Below, one piece after another: positions 9,292-18,160 of a stretch of 56,615 nucleotides of DNA; position 1 is the stretch's first letter; every line of letters begins with the position of its first letter. This DNA comes from an uncultured virus (IMG/VR IMGVR_UViG_3300042564_004560). Its lineage: Duplodnaviria > Heunggongvirae > Uroviricota > Caudoviricetes. Position numbers and translations under genes: made by a program. The DNA lies in IMG/VR virus record IMGVR_UViG_3300042564_004560; one strand, given 5' to 3'. The notes under the pieces were generated by a model that was given only the letters and a program-made list of their open reading frames with translations, ran no database searches and was not told the DNA's origin.

Positions 9292-9320
9292 ATGATAATA
9301 ATTTAATTTCAGAAAGTCAA
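9292..9320 (-). promoter_or_regulatory. Sigma70-like promoter TTGACT-N17-TATCAT facing the ACTAG array
   Basis: Minus strand reads TTGACT TTCTGAAATTAAATTAT TATCAT. Confidence 0.4.
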
Positions 9321-9343
9321 TAAAAATATTTTCCATTTGGATA

Positions 9344-9350
9344 TATTTAT
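9344..9350 (+). promoter_or_regulatory. TATTTAT motif upstream of tail tube
   Basis: Recurrent motif; ATG at 9384. Confidence 0.55.
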
Positions 9351-9383
9351 GATAATAAACAAAGAAAAACTAATTTAAATAAT

Positions 9384-9872
9384 ATGGCTGATTTATTGAT
9401 GAAAATGCCGATTCCTTATGAACCGAAAAGACAAAACCGATTCATTTTAAGGTTTCCATCAAGTTTAGGGATTAATGAATGGTTTGTAGAGTCTACATCA
9501 AGACCACACATTACCATTGCAGCGACGGAAATACCGTTCTTAAATACTTCAACTTATGTTGCTGGTAGATTCAACTGGCAAACAATTAATGTAACATTTA
9601 GAGACCCAATTGGTCCTTCTGCATCACAAGCTCTTATGGAGTGGGTTCGTTTACATGCTGAGTCTGTAACAGGTCGTATGGGATATGCTGCGGGTTATAA
9701 AAAAGATATTGACCTTGAAATGTTAGACCCAACAGGAGTTGTTGTTGAAAAATGGATTCTTTACGGAACATTCTTAACAGATGTAAACTTCAATGCGTTG
9801 GCTTACAATACAGACGCGTTAGCAACAATCACTGCGACACTTCGTATGGATAGATGTGTACTTGTTTACTGA
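9384..9872 (+). CDS. Tail tube protein (T4 gp19-like)
   Basis: 162 aa with EPKRQNRFILRF, YVAGRFNWQTINVTFRD and YKKDIDLEMLDPTGVVVEKWIL; follows the sheath gene. Confidence 0.9.
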   Translation: MADLLMKMPIPYEPKRQNRFILRFPSSLGINEWFVESTSRPHITIAATEIPFLNTSTYVAGRFNWQTINVTFRDPIGPSASQALMEWVRLHAESVTGRMGYAAGYKKDIDLEMLDPTGVVVEKWILYGTFLTDVNFNALAYNTDALATITATLRMDRCVLVY

Positions 9873-9923
9873 TATAGTAATAGAATAGTCTTTCTATTTA
9901 TAAAAAATTAATACTAATTATAT

Positions 9924-9961
9924 TTAACCGTAAAGAACATAAACTTTACGGTTAATTTTTT
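9924..9961 (+). terminator. 12-bp perfect hairpin plus T-tract directly upstream of the chaperone gene
   Basis: TTAACCGTAAAG-AACATAAA-CTTTACGGTTAA-TTTTTT. Confidence 0.6.
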
Positions 9962-9963
9962 AT

Positions 9964-10707
9964 ATGGATAATCAATCAAAAGAATACGGACAAGCGAATT
10001 TTACGCTACCCCACGATGTGGTACCATTACCATCTCAGGGAGTCTTTTACAAAAACAAGAAAAAATCTATCAAAGTCGGTTATTTAACCGCTAATGATGA
10101 GAATTTATTAATGGCGGGTGGTGACGGAATGACTCAAAATCTTTTAAGAACCAAAATTTACGAACCAGATTTACGTGTTGAAGATATGTTAGAAGGTGAT
10201 GTTGAGGCAATACTTATCTTTTTACGAAACACGGCTTTTGGCCCTGAAATGGAGTTAACACTTACTGACCCTGGTACTCGGAAACCTTTTAAAACTACGG
10301 TTGCTTTAGACCAACTATCAATCAGTCAAGGACAACAACCTAATGAGGACGGTACTTTTATTACCACTTTACCAAAATCACAAAATACTATTAAGTTAAA
10401 ACCAATGACTTATGGTGAAATTTTGGAAAATCAAAGAATTGCAGACACTTACCCTGCAGGTAGAGTTGTACCAACAGTTACATTAAGACTTCAAAAAGAA
10501 ATTATTGAAGTTAACGGGATAACCGATAAAGGCGAAATCGCAAAATTTATTGAGTCGATGCCAATCGCGGATTCAAAATTCATACGAAAATTTATGAATG
10601 ATAATGAACCAAGATTAGATATGACACGCACAGTTACAACCCCATCAGGAGAAAAACTTACAGTTAATGTAGGATTTGGGGTTGACTTTTTTCGTCCTTT
10701 CTTCTGA
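9964..10707 (+). CDS. Tail/baseplate-hub assembly chaperone (T4 gp26-like)
   Basis: VPLPSQG..Y, LTANDENLL, GDVEAILIFLRNTAFG and a C-terminal VDFF; lies between the tube and tape measure genes. Confidence 0.75.
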   Translation: MDNQSKEYGQANFTLPHDVVPLPSQGVFYKNKKKSIKVGYLTANDENLLMAGGDGMTQNLLRTKIYEPDLRVEDMLEGDVEAILIFLRNTAFGPEMELTLTDPGTRKPFKTTVALDQLSISQGQQPNEDGTFITTLPKSQNTIKLKPMTYGEILENQRIADTYPAGRVVPTVTLRLQKEIIEVNGITDKGEIAKFIESMPIADSKFIRKFMNDNEPRLDMTRTVTTPSGEKLTVNVGFGVDFFRPFF

Positions 10708-10846
10708 TTATAGGAAAAGTCAGCTCGATGAATATTACTATTTGACTACGTTATTACACATAGGATACCAAGATTTTTTAATAATGCCTCTTTTTATGAG
10801 GAAATATTTACTAGATAAATGGATTGAAGATAATAAAAAGGACTGA
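10682..10846 (+). CDS. Overlapping +1-frame ORF, probable frameshift extension of the chaperone (gp51-like / lambda gpT-analogous)
   Basis: +1 frame reads (LTFF)VLSSDYRKSQLDEYYYLTTLLHIGYQDFLIMPLFMRKYLLDKWIEDNKKD*. There is no ATG at its 5' end, and it overlaps TTT TTT CGT at the end of the upstream gene. Confidence 0.65.
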   Translation: MTFFVLSSDYRKSQLDEYYYLTTLLHIGYQDFLIMPLFMRKYLLDKWIEDNKKD

Positions 10847-10861
10847 AAACTCAGTCCTTTT
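10836..10861 (+). terminator. Intrinsic terminator-like hairpin
   Basis: AAAAGGACTGA-AAAC-TCAGTCCTTTT, which contains the stop codon of the +1-frame ORF. Confidence 0.7.
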
Positions 10862-10862
10862 G

Positions 10863-10870
10863 TATTTATA
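10863..10870 (+). promoter_or_regulatory. TATTTATA motif upstream of tape measure gene
   Basis: Recurrent motif; ATG at 10892. Confidence 0.55.
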
Positions 10871-10891
10871 AATAACTAATACAATTATAAT

Positions 10892-12742
10892 ATGGCAGAT
10901 AATACAGAAGACGGATTTTTAAATGAGATGAAAGATGCTACAAATTTCTCAGCTAAAGAATTTGAGTATGGATACGAAAGAATTAGTTCCACCGCTGGAC
11001 AAATCAACAAACTTTTTGGACAGACAAGAGAAAGAATTAATGAATTAAAAACTTCTCTTGCAGACACTTCACCTGGAATTGTTAGATTAGGTGGGGATTT
11101 AGGTGCCGTTGCTGATACTATTAGTGAAATAGCTATCGCTTCAAGAAGAAATGTTGTTGCGAATAAAGAAGATGTGGAGCAAATGTACGCGGCTCAGAAA
11201 ATTTTAGGAACTTCTGTTGGGGAGTTATCTGAAAAATTTATGGATATTGGAGTTGGTATTTCCCAAATACCAGAAGAATTAGAAAAATCAATCAATTATA
11301 TTCAAAGTATTGGTGGTAACACCAAACAGGTAATGAAAGATGTTCAAGACAACATGGGTCAAATGAATCGTTACCAATTTGAAGGTGGTGTTCAAGGTTT
11401 AACCAAAATGGCAGCCCAAGCGTCAATGTTAAGATTTGATATGGGTCAAACATTTGCATTAGCGGAAAAAGTGTTAACTCCTGAAGGTGCAATTGAAACT
11501 GCAGCAGCATTCCAAAGATTGGGAATATCTGCAGGAGCTCTCGCCGACCCATTTGCATTAATGAATCAGTCAATTAATGACCCATCAGGTTTACAAAATA
11601 GCTTGGCGGATGTTGCCAAACAATTTACTTATTTTGATGAAAAAACAAAAACTTTTAAAATTAACCCACAGGGTGTATTAACTTTAAAAGAAATGGAGAC
11701 TCAAACAGGTGTTAGTGCTAGAGAGATGAGTAAAATGGGTCTTGCGGCTGCGGAATTGGACCAAAGATTATCAGCGATTAAAACAGCGGGACTTACAATT
11801 GCAAGTGAAGAAGACAAACAATATTTAGCTAACATTGCGACAATGCAAGATGGTAAATACAAAGTGACTTTAGAAGATGGTACCAAAAAAGAATTGGCAG
11901 AATTAACACAACCTGAATTTGATAAATTAATTGAACAACAAAAAACAGGTCCAAAAACTTTAGAAGACATTGCCAGAAAACAAATGAATTATTCTGACAT
12001 AATTTCGTCTGATGTAAAGGCGATTAAATCGGCGGTTATTGGAGGTGCTGTAACACAAAAAGATTTATTAAGACTTTCAGAATCTGCTAGGTCAAGAAGT
12101 ACTGATTTAACAGGAGCAGCATCACGAAACTTTGCAAGTCCTGAGGCAGTTAGAGGAGAATTAACAACAGCGTTAGGTGATATGAAATCACTGTATAAAG
12201 ATATCCAAGAGGGTAAGAAAACCCCAACAGACGCTCTTAGCGATTATCTTAAAAAGATGGGAGAACAAGGGGAAAACATTAATTCAAAATTATTATCTAG
12301 TTTTAATAAATCAATAAAAGAAGCTCGTGATAAAAACCCTAATCAAACAGGTTTGGACAAAATGGTTCAAGAAGGTTATAATAAAATTTTAAACGAATTA
12401 GACAAAACAGAAAATGCTGCTAAAGCAAAAGAAAAAAATACTGTTTACGGTAATAAAAATATATCTTCACTTATTGAAGGAAGACAAACAAAAGATTTAA
12501 AAGAATCCTCATCAACGGAGGGCGCTTTTGGAAGTAAAAGTCAAAATGTTACTTATGATGGTACAGTTAATGTTAATGTTAATTTTACAGGAAATGGTGC
12601 GAAAGATTTAAACCCATCACAAATGGAACAAGTAACTAAAGCCATTACAAGTACATTACGCTCTACAGCATTTGCACAAACATCCTATAATAATGCTCGT
12701 CCCGGCAATCCAACTAAATCACCTAAAGAAGTTACGGTTTAA
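10892..12742 (+). CDS. Putative tape measure protein
   Basis: 616 aa, Ala/Gln/Lys-rich and apparently helical, in the canonical position after tube and chaperone. Confidence 0.7.
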   Translation: MADNTEDGFLNEMKDATNFSAKEFEYGYERISSTAGQINKLFGQTRERINELKTSLADTSPGIVRLGGDLGAVADTISEIAIASRRNVVANKEDVEQMYAAQKILGTSVGELSEKFMDIGVGISQIPEELEKSINYIQSIGGNTKQVMKDVQDNMGQMNRYQFEGGVQGLTKMAAQASMLRFDMGQTFALAEKVLTPEGAIETAAAFQRLGISAGALADPFALMNQSINDPSGLQNSLADVAKQFTYFDEKTKTFKINPQGVLTLKEMETQTGVSAREMSKMGLAAAELDQRLSAIKTAGLTIASEEDKQYLANIATMQDGKYKVTLEDGTKKELAELTQPEFDKLIEQQKTGPKTLEDIARKQMNYSDIISSDVKAIKSAVIGGAVTQKDLLRLSESARSRSTDLTGAASRNFASPEAVRGELTTALGDMKSLYKDIQEGKKTPTDALSDYLKKMGEQGENINSKLLSSFNKSIKEARDKNPNQTGLDKMVQEGYNKILNELDKTENAAKAKEKNTVYGNKNISSLIEGRQTKDLKESSSTEGAFGSKSQNVTYDGTVNVNVNFTGNGAKDLNPSQMEQVTKAITSTLRSTAFAQTSYNNARPGNPTKSPKEVTV

Positions 12743-12764
12743 TGATAAAAAATAACCCTCAATC

Positions 12765-12771
12765 TATTTAT
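12765..12771 (+). promoter_or_regulatory. TATTTAT motif
   Basis: Recurrent motif; ATG at 12786. Confidence 0.5.
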
Positions 12772-12785
12772 TAATAAAGTAATTA

Positions 12786-15700
12786 ATGGGAAGTCCTTTA
12801 GATTATATTAATTCGGATGGTTTCAGAAAGAAACTTATTGTTAGAAACTTAACACCTTATGCTAAGTCTCCTAACCGACCTACGCAACCAATTGATACAG
12901 AATATATTCAATCAGACACATCTGTACAAGATAGTCCTGACCAATTAATTGATATCCCATCATTTGCAAATCAATTATATCCTCTTAACCAATACGGTAA
13001 TGAGGGTGGTTATGAACAAGTTCCTGACCCAAACGCATTAATGAATACCAAATCAAATGAGGGCGAATATGGATTTCAAGATGCTCATATTGTAGACCAA
13101 TCATTACCCGAATCTCAAAAATGGAAACCACTTAATGTTTTTTCAAATGGTTCGCAAACACAAATTGATAGTGCCGAATTTTTTAATTCATTAGACAAAC
13201 CACAAACCACAAACAACTATAACAATCAACCCTATCCAACTACATTTGTACCATCATTTTATAGTCCTTTATCTATATTATTATCTCCTGACCCTTCAGG
13301 TAGTAATGGTTCGTTAAGTCAAGATAGTTTTATTGCTCGTTTAGGGGCTCAAACACTTAGACGTGAGTTTGAAGAAAGGATTGCAGCACAAATTTATCAA
13401 GACACAATAGGTCGCGCCAATATTTTAAATATTAATAGTGGTTCTGATTTAGTTAACATTATATCAGGAAATGTTCCATTATTGGAGCCAAACTACACAA
13501 TCACGGTAAATGCAAACCCAATTTTAGCGGCGGCTAATTTTGCGTTAAGATTAGGAGGTAGTATTTTACCAACATCTACAATACCAGGTTCTTATTTTGA
13601 CCCTACCGTTAATCCTGGTCAACCAACGACAATACAACAATTATCATTGGCCTTTGGACAAAGTACTGTTGGTAATTTCTTTAATAAGTTAATTGGTGCT
13701 GGACAGACAGGGTCTCAAATTTTTTATAACAATACAGGTGCAGGACAAAAATCAAGATTGTTTAAAAATATTGATTATAACAAATACAAACCAAATTACG
13801 ACAGAACTCTTATTGATAGAATTGGTGGTGCACTAACAGGTACTTTAACTAATAATAGTAATTTCTATGTTGGTAGTATAACATCAGACCCATCAAGAGT
13901 ATTCTCACCAGGTGGAGATGTTCCTGTTAACGCTTTTGGACAAGAACAACAAACTCCTGTTTATGGTCCATCAGAGTTAGCACAACTATATGAAGGTCCA
14001 AGTAAAGAAATTCGTTTAGGAGCCAATGGTCCAACATATAGTAACGGTGGTGGTATTGAGGGTGGATTTACATGGGTATCACCTAAATACAAAGGTAATG
14101 CTGGTAAGACAGTTGGTATTGGTGGTGAAATTATAAACCAAGACCAAGACTTTAAACCTTCATCATATAATTCAACTGAGTCTACAGAAAGAACATTTAA
14201 ACAAGGTTCAATATTAGACCAAACACAAAGAATTATTGATAGTCAACCTCAAGGTGGTAGAAGATTACAACATGTTGGAAATGCTATTGACCAAGTAAGT
14301 AAAGTCTTTCATGATGGATATAAAGAAATGACTAAAGGTTCAATGGTTTATAAATATACAGGTGCTATTGGACAAGAGGTAGGTACAGAATATTGTAGAG
14401 TATTTGCCAAAGATATACCTTACTTACAATATAATGACCTTCAAAAAGTTGATGGTATTACAGTTAACGGTAGAAGATTTGCAGATTCAGTATTAGATAA
14501 TACATACAACCTTAATATAGCTCCAAACAAACAAGAAGGTGGGCAAGACTCTACAAATTTAATAGGTAGTGGGGTAAATGGTTACGCCAAAAAATATATG
14601 TTTTCTTTAGAAAACTTGGCGTGGAGAACCTCAAGCACTCCTGGGTATTCTGTTTCCGATTTGGCAATTTGTGAAAGAGGTCCAAACGGTGGTAGAGTTA
14701 TGTGGTTTCCACCATATGGATTAACTTTTAGTGAATCAGTTTCAACAAATTGGAATCAAAGTGATTTCTTAGGAAGACCTGAACCTGTTTATACATATAA
14801 AAGTACTCAAAGGACTGGTAGTTTAACTTGGAAAATAGTTGTTGACCACCCATCTGTGTTAAATGTAATTGTTAATAAAGTATTAGCAAACGAAACAAAT
14901 AAAACTAGAGTTAATAGTATTTTGGACTCATTCTTTGCGGGATGTAGAAAATACGATTTATATGAACTTGCCAAAAAATATGCTAATATACCTCCTGGAG
15001 AACTATCTTATTTACAAGACATTATTAGTTCAAAAGATGTGTCTAAGGAAGAATTAGAATATACTAAAGGTACCATTCAAACAGGAGATAAATCACCTGA
15101 CGGAAGTACAGACCCAATTTCTCAAGTTGGAGGTGGTGGTAATACAAAAGATTATTTTAAAAAATATGTTAATGTAGGTGCTTATTTTGGAAATGATTTC
15201 CCAAAACCAAGTAATGTTTTAAATTATTCAAGTGAATATACTAGATATACATCTCCTGCTAATGTAACGATATACACAGGAAAAACTAATGGAGCTCAAT
15301 TAGGAGAATTTTTTAACACTGTTGTTACTCCAAACTATGATGTTTTAACTGCGATGACACTTGATTTGTCAACACAATTAAAACAATATCCTGATGGGAT
15401 TGTTACGGTCATGATTGATTCGAGTTGTTCTGCACCTGCGACACAAACATATAATGTTGAATTATCCAAACGAAGAATATCATCACTTAAGAAATTTTTT
15501 GAAGAAGATACTAATGTTGCTGCGTTTGTTACACAAAAAAGATTAATCATTAAAGAAGGTAAAGCGTTTGGTGAAAATATTCAAAACACTCAGCCACGTA
15601 TGGCAAATAGTTCTACAGGTCCATTTACCGCTGACAATTTAACTAAACAAGGGACGACAGTAAATTGTACCGATAGTGATGTTAATACCCCTGGAGGTGA

Positions 15701-17837
15701 TACACAAGCAGGGTCAAAAGACATTTTTACAACAGCCGCGATGGCTTGTAGGAGAGCTTACATATCGGCAATTGAGTCAACATTAAACGCACCTAAATCA
15801 CCTCCTGTACCACAATATACAGAAGTTACGGTTGGTAATGTTGTGACAAAAACAGTTAAAGAAGAAGTAATTACTCAAGAAAGAAGACCATACGATAATA
15901 TAACTAAAAGAGTTTTAAGGTCTTTATTATCGGAGTGTGATTATTTTGAAACAATTAAGACTGAAACTCCAATGGTTTATGATAACCTTAAAGATAAGTT
16001 GAAATTTTTCCAACCAGCATTTCACTCAACAACACCGGAAGGGTTGAATACAAGACTTACATTTTTACAACAATGTATGAGACCTGGGAATACTATACCA
16101 ACAATAAAACAAAATACACCTCAAAGTAAACCCGTGTTAGAATATAATAACGCTATTAACACGGCTTTCGGTGCTCCACCGGTATTAATTTTAAGAATTG
16201 GGGATTTTTATAATACAAAAATTATCCCAACTTCATTGGCATTAACATATGAACAATTGGATATTAATCCTGAAGGGATTGGTGTGCAACCAATGATTGC
16301 CAATGTAACAATGGCGTTCAATTTTGTTGGTGGTAGTGGATTAAAAGAATCTGTAGATAAATTACAAAACGCTTTGACATTTAACTATTATGCAAATACA
16401 GAAATATATGATGATAGGTCTGATGTTACTTCAAATAAGGAATTATTAAAAGTATTGGATAAAGAATTTTTAGCGTTAAATAATCCGCCGGCACCTCCTG
16501 CTGTTAATCAGGCAGAACCTAATGCCGGTCAGGATAATAATGGAACGGTTGGAAAAATAACTAGTAATAATATTACCGCTAGTGGTGAAACGGGAACATT
16601 AAATTATTCAGAATTTATGGATAAAGTAGTTAAAGATACTCAAACATATTTTACTACTGTTGTTAATAAAACAAAAGAAACCGTTAGTCAATATAATAAT
16701 GCGGTTCGTCAACAATGGATGTTACAACGCTCGTACACACAGGGTAAATTAAATGTTGATAATGAAATCCCTGTTGTTCTTTTTGGTAAACCTAGTGGTG
16801 TTGAAAAAAGATTTGATGAAATTTTTGGAGCATTTGAAAAAAACATTAAAAATGATAATGACCCATTTATAGAGTTTATAAGTGCACCAATTAGAGACTT
16901 CTCTAAAAGATTAATTTCAACAGTACAAGACAATTATTTTAATTTTGTTAAAAATAAAAGAAGTGCATTTCAAAACGCAATTTTTAAAATCACCCAAGAT
17001 TTAACAACTATTGAACAAAGTTATCTTCAAACAATGGGTAAAACAAATCTTATTACTTTTGCTGGAACCTTAAATAATGGAACTGATGGGTTACAAGGTA
17101 GTACGGGTAATGCCAAAGTTTATGTGACTTCAGGTACAACAAAAGTGTCAACATCTTCCTCAGGTGCCGACACATTAATAGAATTAGTGGATGATGTTAA
17201 AAAAATACAACTCGGTATTAAAAACTTTAATCAAGTTATTGGGACCGACTCAACATTTGTATATCCTGCAGATAGTAAAGAATATACAGGTACTTTAGTT
17301 TTTAGTGTTAGTGATGGGATATCAAAAGCGACAACTGTTGAACAAGTTTTTGTACCTTTTAGTAAAAATTCGTTATTTGATAATGTATCATTTAAACAAG
17401 AATATATGATTTTATCAGACGATATACTTGATGATAAAAAATATCAAACATTTAAAACGGCAATAATTGGTAATATAATTGGTAATAAATCAATAATTGG
17501 TAAGGGGGCTGACAATATCGATGCGGTATTTGACGCATATTGGTTGACTGTTACAAAACCTGTTTTCTTAGGGGAGAATAATATAACTAAATCTTTTATT
17601 GAAAATATGGAAAAAACAAAATTAAAAGACTTTTTAATTTATACACCATTTACTACTAAAACAAGGGAATTTACATATACTATTGAAAATAGCGCGTCTG
17701 AAGATAAGGTAAAATCACAAAAAAATATGATTAAAGGTTTAGGGGCGACAACAAATCAAAACACAAATAAAAACACTTGGAATGATACTGATGGTAATAC
17801 GACAGGAGCATACATTTCTAAAGCAAAATTAAACTAA
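12786..17837 (+). CDS. Large baseplate/tail-tube-initiator-like protein with internal OmpA-like domain
   Basis: Tube-initiator-like segments FSESVSTNWNQSDFLGRPEPVYTYKSTQRTGSLTW and APPVLILRIGDFYNTKII...PMIANVTMAF flank an OmpA-like segment YNVELSKRRISSLKKFF...CRRAYI. Confidence 0.65.
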   Translation: MGSPLDYINSDGFRKKLIVRNLTPYAKSPNRPTQPIDTEYIQSDTSVQDSPDQLIDIPSFANQLYPLNQYGNEGGYEQVPDPNALMNTKSNEGEYGFQDAHIVDQSLPESQKWKPLNVFSNGSQTQIDSAEFFNSLDKPQTTNNYNNQPYPTTFVPSFYSPLSILLSPDPSGSNGSLSQDSFIARLGAQTLRREFEERIAAQIYQDTIGRANILNINSGSDLVNIISGNVPLLEPNYTITVNANPILAAANFALRLGGSILPTSTIPGSYFDPTVNPGQPTTIQQLSLAFGQSTVGNFFNKLIGAGQTGSQIFYNNTGAGQKSRLFKNIDYNKYKPNYDRTLIDRIGGALTGTLTNNSNFYVGSITSDPSRVFSPGGDVPVNAFGQEQQTPVYGPSELAQLYEGPSKEIRLGANGPTYSNGGGIEGGFTWVSPKYKGNAGKTVGIGGEIINQDQDFKPSSYNSTESTERTFKQGSILDQTQRIIDSQPQGGRRLQHVGNAIDQVSKVFHDGYKEMTKGSMVYKYTGAIGQEVGTEYCRVFAKDIPYLQYNDLQKVDGITVNGRRFADSVLDNTYNLNIAPNKQEGGQDSTNLIGSGVNGYAKKYMFSLENLAWRTSSTPGYSVSDLAICERGPNGGRVMWFPPYGLTFSESVSTNWNQSDFLGRPEPVYTYKSTQRTGSLTWKIVVDHPSVLNVIVNKVLANETNKTRVNSILDSFFAGCRKYDLYELAKKYANIPPGELSYLQDIISSKDVSKEELEYTKGTIQTGDKSPDGSTDPISQVGGGGNTKDYFKKYVNVGAYFGNDFPKPSNVLNYSSEYTRYTSPANVTIYTGKTNGAQLGEFFNTVVTPNYDVLTAMTLDLSTQLKQYPDGIVTVMIDSSCSAPATQTYNVELSKRRISSLKKFFEEDTNVAAFVTQKRLIIKEGKAFGENIQNTQPRMANSSTGPFTADNLTKQGTTVNCTDSDVNTPGGDTQAGSKDIFTTAAMACRRAYISAIESTLNAPKSPPVPQYTEVTVGNVVTKTVKEEVITQERRPYDNITKRVLRSLLSECDYFETIKTETPMVYDNLKDKLKFFQPAFHSTTPEGLNTRLTFLQQCMRPGNTIPTIKQNTPQSKPVLEYNNAINTAFGAPPVLILRIGDFYNTKIIPTSLALTYEQLDINPEGIGVQPMIANVTMAFNFVGGSGLKESVDKLQNALTFNYYANTEIYDDRSDVTSNKELLKVLDKEFLALNNPPAPPAVNQAEPNAGQDNNGTVGKITSNNITASGETGTLNYSEFMDKVVKDTQTYFTTVVNKTKETVSQYNNAVRQQWMLQRSYTQGKLNVDNEIPVVLFGKPSGVEKRFDEIFGAFEKNIKNDNDPFIEFISAPIRDFSKRLISTVQDNYFNFVKNKRSAFQNAIFKITQDLTTIEQSYLQTMGKTNLITFAGTLNNGTDGLQGSTGNAKVYVTSGTTKVSTSSSGADTLIELVDDVKKIQLGIKNFNQVIGTDSTFVYPADSKEYTGTLVFSVSDGISKATTVEQVFVPFSKNSLFDNVSFKQEYMILSDDILDDKKYQTFKTAIIGNIIGNKSIIGKGADNIDAVFDAYWLTVTKPVFLGENNITKSFIENMEKTKLKDFLIYTPFTTKTREFTYTIENSASEDKVKSQKNMIKGLGATTNQNTNKNTWNDTDGNTTGAYISKAKLN

Positions 17838-18160
17838 TGGCATTTCAATACTGGAATAGATATAGTGATTTTTTAATTAACGGAGAACAAACCGTTGTAC
17901 CGTATGTGCCAATCGCCCAAAAATCTACGGATAAAGCTTACATCTATAAAGTCGCTCAAAGTAGATTAGATAAAGTTTCTCAAGAGTATTACAATTCACC
18001 ATACTTTAGTTGGTTAATACTCCAAGCTAATCCACAATTTGGTGGACTTGAAAACAACATATATGATGGTGCTATATTGATAATTCCTTTTCCATTACTA
18101 CCTTCATTACAGGATTATAAGGCAGCGTTAGAAAATCATTTTTATTATTATGGTAGGTAA
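17837..18160 (+). CDS. LysM-like baseplate protein (P2 gpX / T4 gp53-like)
   Basis: RLDKVSQEYYNSPYFSWLILQANP...GAILIIP. Confidence 0.75.
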   Translation: MAFQYWNRYSDFLINGEQTVVPYVPIAQKSTDKAYIYKVAQSRLDKVSQEYYNSPYFSWLILQANPQFGGLENNIYDGAILIIPFPLLPSLQDYKAALENHFYYYGR

